Positions 29,991 through 38,695 of a stretch of 44,402 nucleotides of DNA are shown here, in pieces (position 1 is the stretch's first letter; the number at the start of each line of letters is the position of its first letter). A model generated the notes under the pieces. It was not told the origin of the DNA. It did not search any database and saw only the letters and a list, made by a program, of their open reading frames with translations. The DNA lies in assembly GCA_036269855.1 (NCBI GenBank), contig DATBDO010000017.1:1-44402 (forward strand). The letters are read 5' to 3'. The translations under genes and the position numbers were made by a program. The stretch comes from Mycobacteriales bacterium (GTDB taxonomy: Bacteria > Actinomycetota > Actinomycetes > JAFAQI01).

Positions 29991-32189
29991 ATGGCCCTTC
30001 AGAGCCCGCCCCGGCCGCCGGCCGACGTCGCGACCGCTGTCGCGCGTCGACGGTCACGGAGCGCGCAGGCTCGGCGACGTCGCCGGCAGATCGCGATCTG
30101 GTTCGTGGTGGCCGTTCTCGTGGGTCTCGGATCGTTCGGTGCCGGGCTCTTGGCTGCACCGCTCGATTACTCGTTCCAGCCGACGTCGCCACAGGCGGTG
30201 TATCTGCTGGATCGCACCGGCAAGGTGTTCGCGACGATCCGGGCCCCCCAGGACCAGGAGCCCGTGCCGTCCTCGCAGATCCCCGTCGTCATGCAGCAAG
30301 CAGTCGTCGCGGCCGAGGACGAACGGTTCTTCACCCACTCCGGCGTCGACCCACTGGCAATGGTGCGCGCGCTGTGGCGTGACGTCACCGGCGCACAGCT
30401 ACAGGGTGGTTCCACGATCACGCAGCAGTACGTGAAGAACGTCTACACCGGAAGTCAGCGGACCGCGCTGCGCAAACTGCGCGAGGCGAGCCTGGCGATC
30501 CGGCTCGAGCAGCACCTCAGCAAGGAGCAGATCCTCACCCGCTACCTCAACACGCTCTACCTCGGCAATGGTGCCGCGGGCGTGCAGGCAGCGAGCAAGT
30601 ACTACTACGGCGTGCCCGTGCAACAGCTGGATCTCAACCGAGCCACCGGCGAGCACGACCAGACGCTGGCGTTGGCTCGGGCGGCAACACTGGCGGGCTT
30701 CGTACCCGCACCCTCGGTCTGGAACCCGGTGAAGAACCCGACCATCGCCCGGCAGCGTGAGCTCTACGTGCTCAACCAAATGGTCAAGAACCGCATGATC
30801 TCGTCACAGCAAGCGTCCGCCGCCTACGGGGACAGCCTGCCCAAGATCGTGGCGAAGTCACAGCCGGACGCACCAACAGTCGCACCGGAGTTCCGCGACT
30901 ACGTCTCGGAGCAGCTCACCGGAACGCTGCAGTACGACGACACGACGCTGTTCGACTCCGGTCGCGTTCGCGTGCGAACCACTCTCGACCTCGATCTGCA
31001 AAAGGCCGTGGTGCATGCGCTCTCCACGGTGTTGCCGAACAAGACTGATCCGGAGGCTGCGGTCGTCGCGGTCGATCCGCGAAACGGCGACATCCGTGCG
31101 TTGACGACGAAGGAACGCGGCGGATACACCAAGGCGGGCTTCGATCTCGCGACAAATGCGAGCCGCTCATCCGGGTCGACCATCAAACCGTTTACGTTGG
31201 CCTACGCGTTGATGCATGGGCACTCGCTCGACGAGGTGCGATCGGCGCCGCAGCCGTGTGCAACCGTCCCGTTCCACATCTGCAATGCCGAGCACGGGTC
31301 CAGCTACCAGACATTGCGCTCGGCGCTCATCGCCTCCATCAACACCGTTTACGGCCCGCTCGCCGTCGATCTGGGTCTCGGCAAGGTCCTCAAGTTCGCT
31401 CGTGCCGCGGGCCTCGACATCGGTTCGCTGGCCCGCGACAGCCGGGGCCACCTCTATCCCGCTCAGTCGATCGGGGTCCCGGTCACGCCGCTGTCGGAGG
31501 CCGCTGCCTACGGAACGCTGGTCGATCACGGTGTTCATCACGGGCCGCGGTCAATCCTTCGCGTGCACAGTGCGGGGGACGGGGAGCTCTACTCCGCGCC
31601 TGCCGAGCCGAGCGGCGACCGCGTCATGTCGCGCTCGGTGGCGGACCAGGTGACCGAGGTCATGCAGCAGGTCGTCGACTCCGGCACCGGCACCGCCGCG
31701 CGGCAGCCGTTCCCGGTCTATGGCAAGACCGGTACGACGGACGACTTCACGAACGCGTGGTTCACCGGTTGCACGCGCACGCTATGCATCGCGGTCTGGA
31801 TGGGATACGAGAAGGAGTACTTCCACAACGGAAAGACGCCGCACTCGATGGTGCTGCCGGGTGTCGGTGACGTCTTCGGCGGAACGCTGCCGGCGCGCAT
31901 ATTCGCGCAGACCTGGAACGACTACCGAATCCTCCAACAACCGCACGGCACACTGTCGCCAACTCCGACTCCGACGCCCGTTCCGTCCGCGTTCAGTGCA
32001 CGTCCGACATCGTCCCCGACCGGCAAGACGAAGCCGCGGCCTTCTTCGACGCCGTCGGCGACACCGAGCGCGAGCCAGTCGCCAAGCACGTTGCCGACGC
32101 CGTCACCGAGTCAGACGCTGCTGCCGCCACCGACGTCGGCGCCGCAGACCCCGGGTCAGGAAGCGAGACGCGAGAGGTTGGCGACGTAG
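29991..32189 (+). CDS. Class A penicillin-binding protein (GT51 transglycosylase + transpeptidase) with Pro/Ser/Thr-rich C-terminal tail
   Basis: 732 aa. N-terminal TM (IAIWFVVAVLVGLGSFGAGLLA). GT51 motifs EDERFFTHSGVD and GGSTITQQYVKN. Transpeptidase SGSTIKP (SxxK) and KTGTT. Confidence 0.93.
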   Translation: MALQSPPRPPADVATAVARRRSRSAQARRRRRQIAIWFVVAVLVGLGSFGAGLLAAPLDYSFQPTSPQAVYLLDRTGKVFATIRAPQDQEPVPSSQIPVVMQQAVVAAEDERFFTHSGVDPLAMVRALWRDVTGAQLQGGSTITQQYVKNVYTGSQRTALRKLREASLAIRLEQHLSKEQILTRYLNTLYLGNGAAGVQAASKYYYGVPVQQLDLNRATGEHDQTLALARAATLAGFVPAPSVWNPVKNPTIARQRELYVLNQMVKNRMISSQQASAAYGDSLPKIVAKSQPDAPTVAPEFRDYVSEQLTGTLQYDDTTLFDSGRVRVRTTLDLDLQKAVVHALSTVLPNKTDPEAAVVAVDPRNGDIRALTTKERGGYTKAGFDLATNASRSSGSTIKPFTLAYALMHGHSLDEVRSAPQPCATVPFHICNAEHGSSYQTLRSALIASINTVYGPLAVDLGLGKVLKFARAAGLDIGSLARDSRGHLYPAQSIGVPVTPLSEAAAYGTLVDHGVHHGPRSILRVHSAGDGELYSAPAEPSGDRVMSRSVADQVTEVMQQVVDSGTGTAARQPFPVYGKTGTTDDFTNAWFTGCTRTLCIAVWMGYEKEYFHNGKTPHSMVLPGVGDVFGGTLPARIFAQTWNDYRILQQPHGTLSPTPTPTPVPSAFSARPTSSPTGKTKPRPSSTPSATPSASQSPSTLPTPSPSQTLLPPPTSAPQTPGQEARRERLAT

Positions 32190-32905
32190 ACGAACGACTG
32201 CGCCACCGGGTCGGTCCGCTTCGTCACGTGCCCGCTGTGCCGCAGCTGGTGCAGCTTCCGCAACAGAACCGCGCGGGGGGAGAGCTGCGGCTGCGGCACC
32301 GACGCGACCGGAGTCACTGCGTTCGAGACCGTCGGGGTGTAGGTCGTCGGGTAGGTCGGGGTCGAGCTGTGGCTCGTGCTGCTCGAGGACGACGACGAGG
32401 ACGAAGACGAAGACGAAGACGACGCGTACATCGGCTCGCGGAAGTCCTCGGTGACCCAGACGATGCCGTTCTTGTCCACGCTCACACCGACCCCGATCTG
32501 GGTGAAGTCGTGGTCGAGGATGTTGGCCCGGTGCTCGGGGCTCTGCATGAAGGCGGTCGCGATGTCGTTGACATCCGGGCCCTCGCCGACGTTTTCACCG
32601 ACGGCCTGCCAGTTCGGCACCTGGGTAGTGAGGCTCGGGTTGTGGTAGAGCGACTGGCCCGACGCCATGGCCGCCGAGTGCCCACGGGCGATCGAGGTGA
32701 GGTCGGACAAGACGGCGTACGGCGCCTGACCGTTTGCCTGGCGGGCCGCGTTCACCTTCGCGATGAACTGCGCCTCCATGCTGTATGTGCTGTCCGCGAA
32801 GGCCGCGGTCGGCGCAAGCACGGTCAATGCGGTGCCGGCCGTTGAGCCGATCGCGACCGTTACCAGCACGGGTGCAAGGGCACGTCGTAGGGCGTGAAGC
32901 GCCAC
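32156..32905 (-). CDS. Secreted CAP/SCP (PR-1-like, YkwD-type) domain protein with poly-Ser/Thr/Pro linker and basic C-terminal tail
   Basis: 249 aa. GTG 32905 with GGAGG 8 nt upstream. Signal peptide ending AAFA. CAP motifs ARGHSAAMA, YHNP, GENVG, MQSPEHRANIL, GVGV. 16 consecutive Ser. The 3' end overlaps the PBP gene by 34 nt (convergent). Confidence 0.85.
   Translation of the reverse strand: MALHALRRALAPVLVTVAIGSTAGTALTVLAPTAAFADSTYSMEAQFIAKVNAARQANGQAPYAVLSDLTSIARGHSAAMASGQSLYHNPSLTTQVPNWQAVGENVGEGPDVNDIATAFMQSPEHRANILDHDFTQIGVGVSVDKNGIVWVTEDFREPMYASSSSSSSSSSSSSSSTSHSSTPTYPTTYTPTVSNAVTPVASVPQPQLSPRAVLLRKLHQLRHSGHVTKRTDPVAQSFVYVANLSRLAS
32375..32422 (-). repeat. Trinucleotide-type low-complexity tract encoding 16 consecutive serines
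   Basis: The minus strand reads TCG TCT TCG TCT TCG TCT TCG TCC TCG TCG TCG TCC TCG AGC AGC AGC. The plus strand reads (GAC/GAA/GAG)n. Confidence 0.9.
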
Positions 32906-33160
32906 TGACTATTCCTCCGGCTCAAAGAGCCGGGGCGGTCGCCGCGACGGGTGGGCTTGTCACGGTCACCTGAGGGTGGCCTTCGACGGTCGGCGGGTCG
33001 GCTAACTGCCCCCTGCGATGAACAGAGTCAGTCCCGTGCCTTTGCGGCCCGTGCTCGCGCACGGTGTGCCTTTGTCGGGTCGGCGGTCACCCCGGCGGGG
33101 TTGTTTCTCTTCTGGTTAAGGGTTTCGACGCAAATCGGACAGCCTTAAGCCGCCAGACGG
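32906..33160 (-). promoter_or_regulatory. Long hairpin-rich 5' leader of the CAP-domain gene (candidate cis-regulatory RNA, class unassigned)
   Basis: Four elements read on the minus strand. (1) A 7-bp hairpin CCGGCUC-UUU-GAGCCGG (32933-32917) overlapping the first two G of the SD. (2) A 6-bp hairpin capped by the GNRA loop GCGA (33064-33049). (3) Two similar C-rich segments, CCGCCGACCCGACAAAGGCAC and CCGACCCGCCGACCGUCGAAGGCCAC. (4) An ACCCC/GGGGU hairpin (33101-33089). Confidence 0.35.
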
Positions 33161-33232
33161 GTGACGTCGTACCGCCAAACGGCCCCCCGACAGGCCAAAT
33201 CGGGTGCTTGCAAATGTGCAACACTCGCCGTG

Positions 33233-34693
33233 ATGGTCAACCTCGCCGATCTCGTATCCCGGTCCGCGGAGACGTCACCTGACAAAGCCGCGCTCGTCAC
33301 GGCTGCCCGCACGCTCACCTGGGCCGAGCTCGACGACGCGGTCGACCGGCTCGGCGCCGGCCTGCGGGCGGAGGGGCTCCGACCCGGCGACCGGGTCGGG
33401 CTCCTGCTGCCCAACTCCGTGGAGTTCGTCGTTGCCTACTTCGCGGTCCTGCGCGCCGGGCTGGTCGCGATGCCGCTGAACGTCTCCTACACCGAGGCCG
33501 AGGTCGAGCACCAGATCACCGACTCCGGCGCCCGCCTCGTCGTCACCGACACTCAGCTGGCGGGTGTCGCCGCCGCGGCCCCGGTGCTCGTCGTCGGATC
33601 GCCGGACTGGGACCGGCTGACCAGCCACGCGCCGTACGACGAGGCGCCGGGCGCGGCCGACGAGGACCTCGCGGTCTTGCTCTATACCTCCGGCACGACC
33701 GGTCGGCCCAAGGGGGCGATGCTGAGCCATCGCGCCCTGCTGGCGAACCTCGACCAGCTCGGTCGCATCGACCCACCGGTCGTCGCGCCCGACGACGTCG
33801 TCCTGCTTGTTCTCCCGCTCTTCCATGTCTATGGCCTCAACGCCGGACTCGGCATGGTCGCGGCCACGGGCGCCACGGGCGTGCTCTCGGAACGGTTCGA
33901 TCCGGTCGAGACACTCGCACTCGTCCGCGACCGGGGCGTGACCAACATCATCGGCGCTCCGCCGATGTACGTCGCCTGGTCGATGCTGCCGGAACTCCGG
34001 AGCTCACTGTCGTCGGTGCGGCTCGTTGTCTCCGGCGCGGCTCCGCTGTCCGCCGAGGTGATGTCGAGCATCGTCGAGCTGACCGGCCATCAGGTCTACG
34101 AGGGCTACGGGTTGACCGAGACCGCTCCGGTGTTGACGACAACGTTGTGCAGCGCGACCCCGAAGCCGGGCTCGATCGGCCGGGCGATTCCCGGTGTCGA
34201 GCTTCGGCTCACTGACGACAGCGGCGACGAGGTCGAAGACGATGATCCGGGCGAGATCGTCGCGCGTGGACCCAACGTCTTCTCCGGCTACTGGCCCGAT
34301 GGTGCCGGCGGCCCGGACACCAACGGCTGGTTCCACACCGGCGATGTCGCCTATGCCGATCCGGATGGCGATCTCTTCCTCGTCGACCGGATCCGCGAGC
34401 TGATCCTTGTCAGCGGTTTCAACGTCTATCCGCGTGAGGTCGAGGACGTCATCGCGACTCACCCCGACGTTGCCGAAGCGGCCGTGATCGGTGTGCCGCA
34501 TCCGTACACCGGCGAGACAGTGCGCGCACTCGTCGTACCTCGGCCCGGTCGGCAGATCGATCCGGCTGCGGTCATCGAGCATGCCGCGAGCAGGCTGGCG
34601 CGCTTCAAATGCCCGACATCGGTCGAGATCGTCGACCAGCTGCCGCACTCGGCAACCGGCAAGGTGGCGAAAGGCAAACTGCGATCAGCATGA
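33233..34693 (+). CDS. AMP-dependent acyl-CoA synthetase/ligase (FadD-type)
   Basis: Track ORF 33161.. trimmed to ATG 33233 (MVNLADLVSRSAETSPDKAAL). AMP-binding signature LLYTSGTTGRPKGAM. Also YGLTE, GWFHTGD and a C-terminal GKVAKGKL. Confidence 0.9.
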   Translation: MVNLADLVSRSAETSPDKAALVTAARTLTWAELDDAVDRLGAGLRAEGLRPGDRVGLLLPNSVEFVVAYFAVLRAGLVAMPLNVSYTEAEVEHQITDSGARLVVTDTQLAGVAAAAPVLVVGSPDWDRLTSHAPYDEAPGAADEDLAVLLYTSGTTGRPKGAMLSHRALLANLDQLGRIDPPVVAPDDVVLLVLPLFHVYGLNAGLGMVAATGATGVLSERFDPVETLALVRDRGVTNIIGAPPMYVAWSMLPELRSSLSSVRLVVSGAAPLSAEVMSSIVELTGHQVYEGYGLTETAPVLTTTLCSATPKPGSIGRAIPGVELRLTDDSGDEVEDDDPGEIVARGPNVFSGYWPDGAGGPDTNGWFHTGDVAYADPDGDLFLVDRIRELILVSGFNVYPREVEDVIATHPDVAEAAVIGVPHPYTGETVRALVVPRPGRQIDPAAVIEHAASRLARFKCPTSVEIVDQLPHSATGKVAKGKLRSA

Positions 34694-34935
34694 GCCGGCC
34701 CGGGGCGCGCATCACTGTGCTGAGCAAGCCGGGCTGCCACCTATGCGCGGATGCCTGTAGCACGGTCGCCCGGATTGCCGGCGAGCTCGGTGTCATGTGG
34801 ACCGAGCGCGACATCAGTGATGACGCGCAGCTGATGGCGCAGTGGGCTGAATACGTGCCGGTCCTGTTGGTCGACGGCGAGGTGCACGGGTGGTTCCGGG
34901 TCGACGAGGCCCGCTTGCGCGAGACGCTCGGCTAG
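34690..34935 (+). CDS. Glutaredoxin-like small thiol-disulfide protein (DUF836/Rv0508-like)
   Basis: 81 aa from ATG 34690, overlapping the acyl-CoA synthetase stop (ATGA). ITVLSKPGCHLCADA (CxxC). VPVLLVDGE. Confidence 0.85.
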   Translation: MSRPGARITVLSKPGCHLCADACSTVARIAGELGVMWTERDISDDAQLMAQWAEYVPVLLVDGEVHGWFRVDEARLRETLG

Positions 34936-36138
34936 TCAGGGTCGCGAGGACGACTGCTCGGCCTGCGCCAGCCACTCGCGCTGAGTTGCCAGTGCCTGCT
35001 CGGTCTCCGAGGCCAATGCGTCGTCACCTGCAGTACGAGCACGCTGCAGTCGGTTCTCGAGCTTTGTCACCGACTCCCGCAGCCGGATGACGAGCGTCGA
35101 CTCGCTGATCATCACCGGCCGGGCCTGCGCGCCGGCGTCACGTATCCGCTGCTCGACGGCAGCCAACCGCTGCTCGAGAGCGCCCATGCTCTCGCGCGGG
35201 ATCTTGCCGACCTTCTCCCACTTGTCGTGAATGGTTCGCAACCGGCGGCGGGCGCCGTCCAAGTCGCTGCCCGGGTCGAGGCTCTCTGCTTCGGTCACGA
35301 GAGCTTCTTTGGTTTCGAGGTTGCTGGAGAACTCCGCGTCGCGTGCTGACAACGCGACGCTTCGGCGGCTGAAGAACGTGTCCTGCGCGGTCTTGAACCT
35401 GGCCCACAAGGCGTCGTCGACCTCTCGACCGCCCCGCCCGGCCGACTTCCATTCGGTCATGAGGTCGCGGAACCGTCGCGCCGTGGCGGTCCAGTCGTCG
35501 GAGTCGGCGAGCTTCTCGGCCTCCGCAGCCAGTTGGTCCTTCTGCTCCGCCGACTTGGTGCGTTGCTTGTCCAGGTCGGCAAAGTGCGAACGTCGCCGCT
35601 TGTCGAACTCCCTGCGCGCCGTGGACAACTGCTCCCAGAGTTCACTGTCGGTCTTGCGGTCGACGCCGCGAATCGTCTTCCACTCGTCGACGATGGCGCG
35701 GAACCGGTCACCGGTCGCGCGCCATTCGTTGCTTCCGGAGAGCCGCTGCGCCTCGTCTACGAGACCGCGCTTGCGGTCGGCGGCGGCGCTTGCGGCCGCG
35801 GCGCGGGCATCGGCGATGGCGGCCCGGCGTTCTGAGACCTGACCGAGCACCGCGTCCAGTCGGCGCTCCAGCTCGGCGATGTCACCCACCACGCTTGCCG
35901 TGGCCAGCGAATCCTTCAGCTTGGTCGCGGTCGCGGCGACGCTGCGCGGGTCCACCGAAGGCGACGTCACGCGGGCCTCGAGAACCCCCACCTCCGCGGC
36001 CAGGTCGTCGTAGCGCAGGGTGTAGAAAGCCAGCCCTTCGTCGATCGATCCGGCCTGCCAGGAACCGACCGCACGCTCGCCTTCGGCGGTGCGGACATAG
36101 ACCGTGCCGTCGTCGGCAATGCGGCCCCAGTCCGTCAT
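34936..36138 (-). CDS. DUF349 domain-containing protein
   Basis: 400 aa. Repeated roughly 70-aa helical units with W...A..RF..L...WK signatures (NEWRATGDRFRAIVDEWK, DDWTATARRFRDLMTEWK, ...RLRTIHDKWEK). Its stop codon directly abuts the convergent grx-like stop (TAG 34933-35 / TCA 34936-38). Confidence 0.85.
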   Translation of the reverse strand: MTDWGRIADDGTVYVRTAEGERAVGSWQAGSIDEGLAFYTLRYDDLAAEVGVLEARVTSPSVDPRSVAATATKLKDSLATASVVGDIAELERRLDAVLGQVSERRAAIADARAAAASAAADRKRGLVDEAQRLSGSNEWRATGDRFRAIVDEWKTIRGVDRKTDSELWEQLSTARREFDKRRRSHFADLDKQRTKSAEQKDQLAAEAEKLADSDDWTATARRFRDLMTEWKSAGRGGREVDDALWARFKTAQDTFFSRRSVALSARDAEFSSNLETKEALVTEAESLDPGSDLDGARRRLRTIHDKWEKVGKIPRESMGALEQRLAAVEQRIRDAGAQARPVMISESTLVIRLRESVTKLENRLQRARTAGDDALASETEQALATQREWLAQAEQSSSRP

Positions 36139-36170
36139 GACTTGCTATCCAAACACGACAGGCTATGAGG

Positions 36171-37787
36171 TCAGTCGCCGAGCATCCCGTTGATGACCGA
36201 TACACCGCTCGCCTGCGGGTCCCAGAGGACGCCCGGGTCCTTCAGCAGGTCGAACTGCGAGCCGGTGAACAACTGGAAGGTGAAGGCGTTCCAACCCACC
36301 CAGCCGTGGGCGGCTGCATAGGAAGCGACATTGGCGATGTAGTCGCCGTCGGTCGGGTCGGGCCACCCGAACTCGGTGACCATGACGGGCTGGGTCAGCC
36401 CGATGTTGGCGAAGTTGTTCAGAATCCCCGAGGGGTCCTCGACGCCGGCCGGCCCGGCTTGACACGTGCCGCCGTTCGCAGGCGTCAAGGTGGGACAGGT
36501 GTAGGCGTGCACCGCCCACACGAGGTTGCTGGTGCCGGTCAGCGGCGCAGTGGCCGGGTACACGCTCGCCCAGCCGCGCCCGCTCGCGAAAACCAGGTTG
36601 CGTGCGCCAGTGGCTCGCACGGTGTCGTAGAGCTTTTGCATGCCCGCGGCCTGATAGGTGACGCCGCTGCTGGTGAGTGTCCCGCCGTTGCGCCACTGCG
36701 CGTCGGTCACGTCGTGCGGCTCGTTGTAGAGGTCGAAGGCGACCAACGGATTGTCCTTGTAGCGCGCGGCGGCCGCCTGCCAGAAGTTGACGGCTTCGCC
36801 GTCGGGCATCTTCTGTTGCTGCTCCCACACGCCGCACTTCGTGACGGCGTTGGTGTGTAGGTCGAGCAGAAGCACCATGCCTCGGCCGGTGACATCGTTG
36901 ACGATCCGGTCGATTGTCGAGACATAGTTCGGGTCATAGCTGCAGTCCGTCGACACGAACGGGTTCTCCGCTACGGGCAGCCGGGCGAGGTTGGCACCCC
37001 ATCGATGCGCGGCATCAATCTCCGCCGTCGTCACCGTGTCAGGCGTCCAGTTCGCGTTCTTCATGCCACCGAGCTGCATACCGTGTAACTGAACGCGCCG
37101 GCCCTGTCCGTCGAGGACGCTCGTGCCGCTCGTCGTGAGCGGACCGACGACGGGAGCTGCGGTGCCAGTGCTCTCGGACACGGTCACGTCGTCGAAGAAG
37201 TCGGTGACGCCGGTGACCGTGTCCATGCTCAGCGTCAGCACCGAGCCGCTCGCGGCGTTGCCCGGCGCGAACCCGACGGCGCGATAGGTGTTGGTCCAAG
37301 CGGTGGCGTTGTTGGCGGTGGGCTGGCTGATCTGCGTCGAGCCAGGGATGATCTGACCGTTCGCGCTGTAGAACTTGAGCGCGACCCCCACGTCGTGACC
37401 GCCGCCGTTGCCCGCTAGTGACCACGCTTCGGCGCTGTAGCGAGCGCCGGGCTTGACCGCGAACAGCGGTGACGCGGCCGCGGTGTAGATGCCGGAGGCC
37501 TTCACGGCCGCAGCGCCGGGCGCGTCGTGGCCCACGGCGGGTGTCCACGACGTGGGCGCGATGACAGGAGACCACCCGGCCAGGCTGTTGTCGAAGCGGG
37601 ATTGGTTGATCACGGTGGTGACCTGGCCGGTCGGTGCGCCGCCGGGTGTGCTCGGTGTCGTCGCCGTTGTGGTCGTGGTCGCCGGCGGCGTCGGCTTCTT
37701 GTGCCCCGCCTGTGCGGGCAGCGCGACCCATCCCGCGACGGCGACGAGGGCACTGACGGTGGCGACACGGCGGACGCTGGCTCGCAT
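36171..37787 (-). CDS. Secreted glycoside hydrolase family 5 (cellulase/mannanase-type) with N-terminal carbohydrate-binding-like beta domain
   Basis: ATG 37787 (GGAG 6 nt upstream); the track TTG 37799 is less likely. Signal peptide MRASVRRVATVSALVAVAGWVALPAQA, then a Thr/Pro linker. GH5 acid/base context FDLYNEPH and nucleophile context VMVTEFGW. Confidence 0.85.
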   Translation of the reverse strand: MRASVRRVATVSALVAVAGWVALPAQAGHKKPTPPATTTTTATTPSTPGGAPTGQVTTVINQSRFDNSLAGWSPVIAPTSWTPAVGHDAPGAAAVKASGIYTAAASPLFAVKPGARYSAEAWSLAGNGGGHDVGVALKFYSANGQIIPGSTQISQPTANNATAWTNTYRAVGFAPGNAASGSVLTLSMDTVTGVTDFFDDVTVSESTGTAAPVVGPLTTSGTSVLDGQGRRVQLHGMQLGGMKNANWTPDTVTTAEIDAAHRWGANLARLPVAENPFVSTDCSYDPNYVSTIDRIVNDVTGRGMVLLLDLHTNAVTKCGVWEQQQKMPDGEAVNFWQAAAARYKDNPLVAFDLYNEPHDVTDAQWRNGGTLTSSGVTYQAAGMQKLYDTVRATGARNLVFASGRGWASVYPATAPLTGTSNLVWAVHAYTCPTLTPANGGTCQAGPAGVEDPSGILNNFANIGLTQPVMVTEFGWPDPTDGDYIANVASYAAAHGWVGWNAFTFQLFTGSQFDLLKDPGVLWDPQASGVSVINGMLGD

Positions 37788-37909
37788 GGAGAGCTCCAAT
37801 TGTGGCCGGGCAGTCTCGCCGGGGAGATGCCCAATGATTCGGACAATTCACCCAACGGGGGTGAAATCGCGCAAGGGCTACTGCGGCTGATCACGACCGC
37901 ACAAGCGCT

Positions 37910-37939
37910 TTGTGCATGCGTTCACAAGCGACGTAGACT
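37910..37939 (+). promoter_or_regulatory. Rex operator (ROP) overlapping the rex promoter
   Basis: TTGTGCATGCGTTCACAA (37910-37927) against the consensus TTGTGAA-N4-TTCACAA (one mismatch). TTGTGC doubles as a -35, TAGACT (37934-37939) is a -10 after an 18-nt spacer, and GGAGAG is the SD before ATG 37967. An extra CACAA half-site lies at 37900-37904. Confidence 0.8.
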
Positions 37940-37966
37940 CATCCGATCCCCCTGGTTGGAGAGTTG

Positions 37967-38695
37967 ATGCCGGTGCCCCGCGCTGCCACTCCGCGCCAGC
38001 TCGGCAAGCCCGGGATCCCCGAGGCCACCGTCGCCCGGCTCCCGATCTACCTCCGGGTCCTGACCGGCCTGGCTGACACCGGCCTCGCCACCGTGTCTTC
38101 GGAGGCACTGTCCGCCGCCGCAGGTGTCGGCTCGGCCAAGTTGCGCAAAGACCTCTCCCACCTCGGGTCTTACGGGACCCGCGGGGTCGGGTACGACGTC
38201 GAGTACCTCATCTACCAGATCTCGCGCGCGCTCGGCCTGACCCAGCACTACCGCGTAGCCATCATCGGCGTCGGCAATCTCGGGCACGCGCTGGCCAACT
38301 ACGCCGGCTTTGCCACCCGCGGGTTCCGGATCGCCGCTCTCATCGACTCCGACCCCGCGCAGGTGGGCGAAGAGATCGTGGGGATCGAGATCCGTCACCT
38401 TGATGACCTCGAGGTCGTCGTCAAGGAGCACGAGATTTCCATCGGGGTGATCGCCACACCCGCCACCGCTGCGCAGGATGTCTGCGACCGACTGGTCGCG
38501 TGCGGGGTGACGAGTGTCCTCAACTTCGCGCCCGCGGTCCTGTCGGTACCGGAGAGCGTCGACGTTCGCAAGGTCGACCTGTCGATCGAGCTCCAGATCC
38601 TCGCCTTCCACGAACAGCGCAAGGCCGCAGGCATTCACGCCGAGCCGGGTGCAGCGGTGCCTGACGACGTGCGCACCGCGGCGGTGGCCCCGTGA
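37967..38695 (+). CDS. rex: Redox-sensing transcriptional repressor Rex
   Basis: ATVARLPIYLRVL winged helix. GSYGTRGVGYDV. Rossmann IIGVGNLGHALANY. SVLNFAP. The track start TTG 37964 is too close to the SD, so ATG 37967 is preferred. Confidence 0.93.
   Translation: MPVPRAATPRQLGKPGIPEATVARLPIYLRVLTGLADTGLATVSSEALSAAAGVGSAKLRKDLSHLGSYGTRGVGYDVEYLIYQISRALGLTQHYRVAIIGVGNLGHALANYAGFATRGFRIAALIDSDPAQVGEEIVGIEIRHLDDLEVVVKEHEISIGVIATPATAAQDVCDRLVACGVTSVLNFAPAVLSVPESVDVRKVDLSIELQILAFHEQRKAAGIHAEPGAAVPDDVRTAAVAP

Noticed and set aside
33089-33113. Plus-strand hairpin ACCCC-GGC-GGGGT followed by TTGTTTCTCTTCT, considered as a firm intrinsic terminator feature.
   Set aside because: The stem is only 5-6 bp with a 3-nt loop, and there is no identified upstream plus-strand gene to terminate. 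It is mentioned as an alternative reading inside the leader finding rather than annotated.
32906-33160. Calling this leader outright a ydaO-type c-di-AMP riboswitch (or a cobalamin riboswitch, because of CCCGCCGACCGU-like strings).
   Set aside because: I could match only loose fragments (GGGGUGACC, C-rich CCCG segments). The characteristic AGCUAACC-type element appears only as GGCUAAC on the opposite strand, and no B12 box is present. It is reported only as an unassigned structured leader pending cmsearch.
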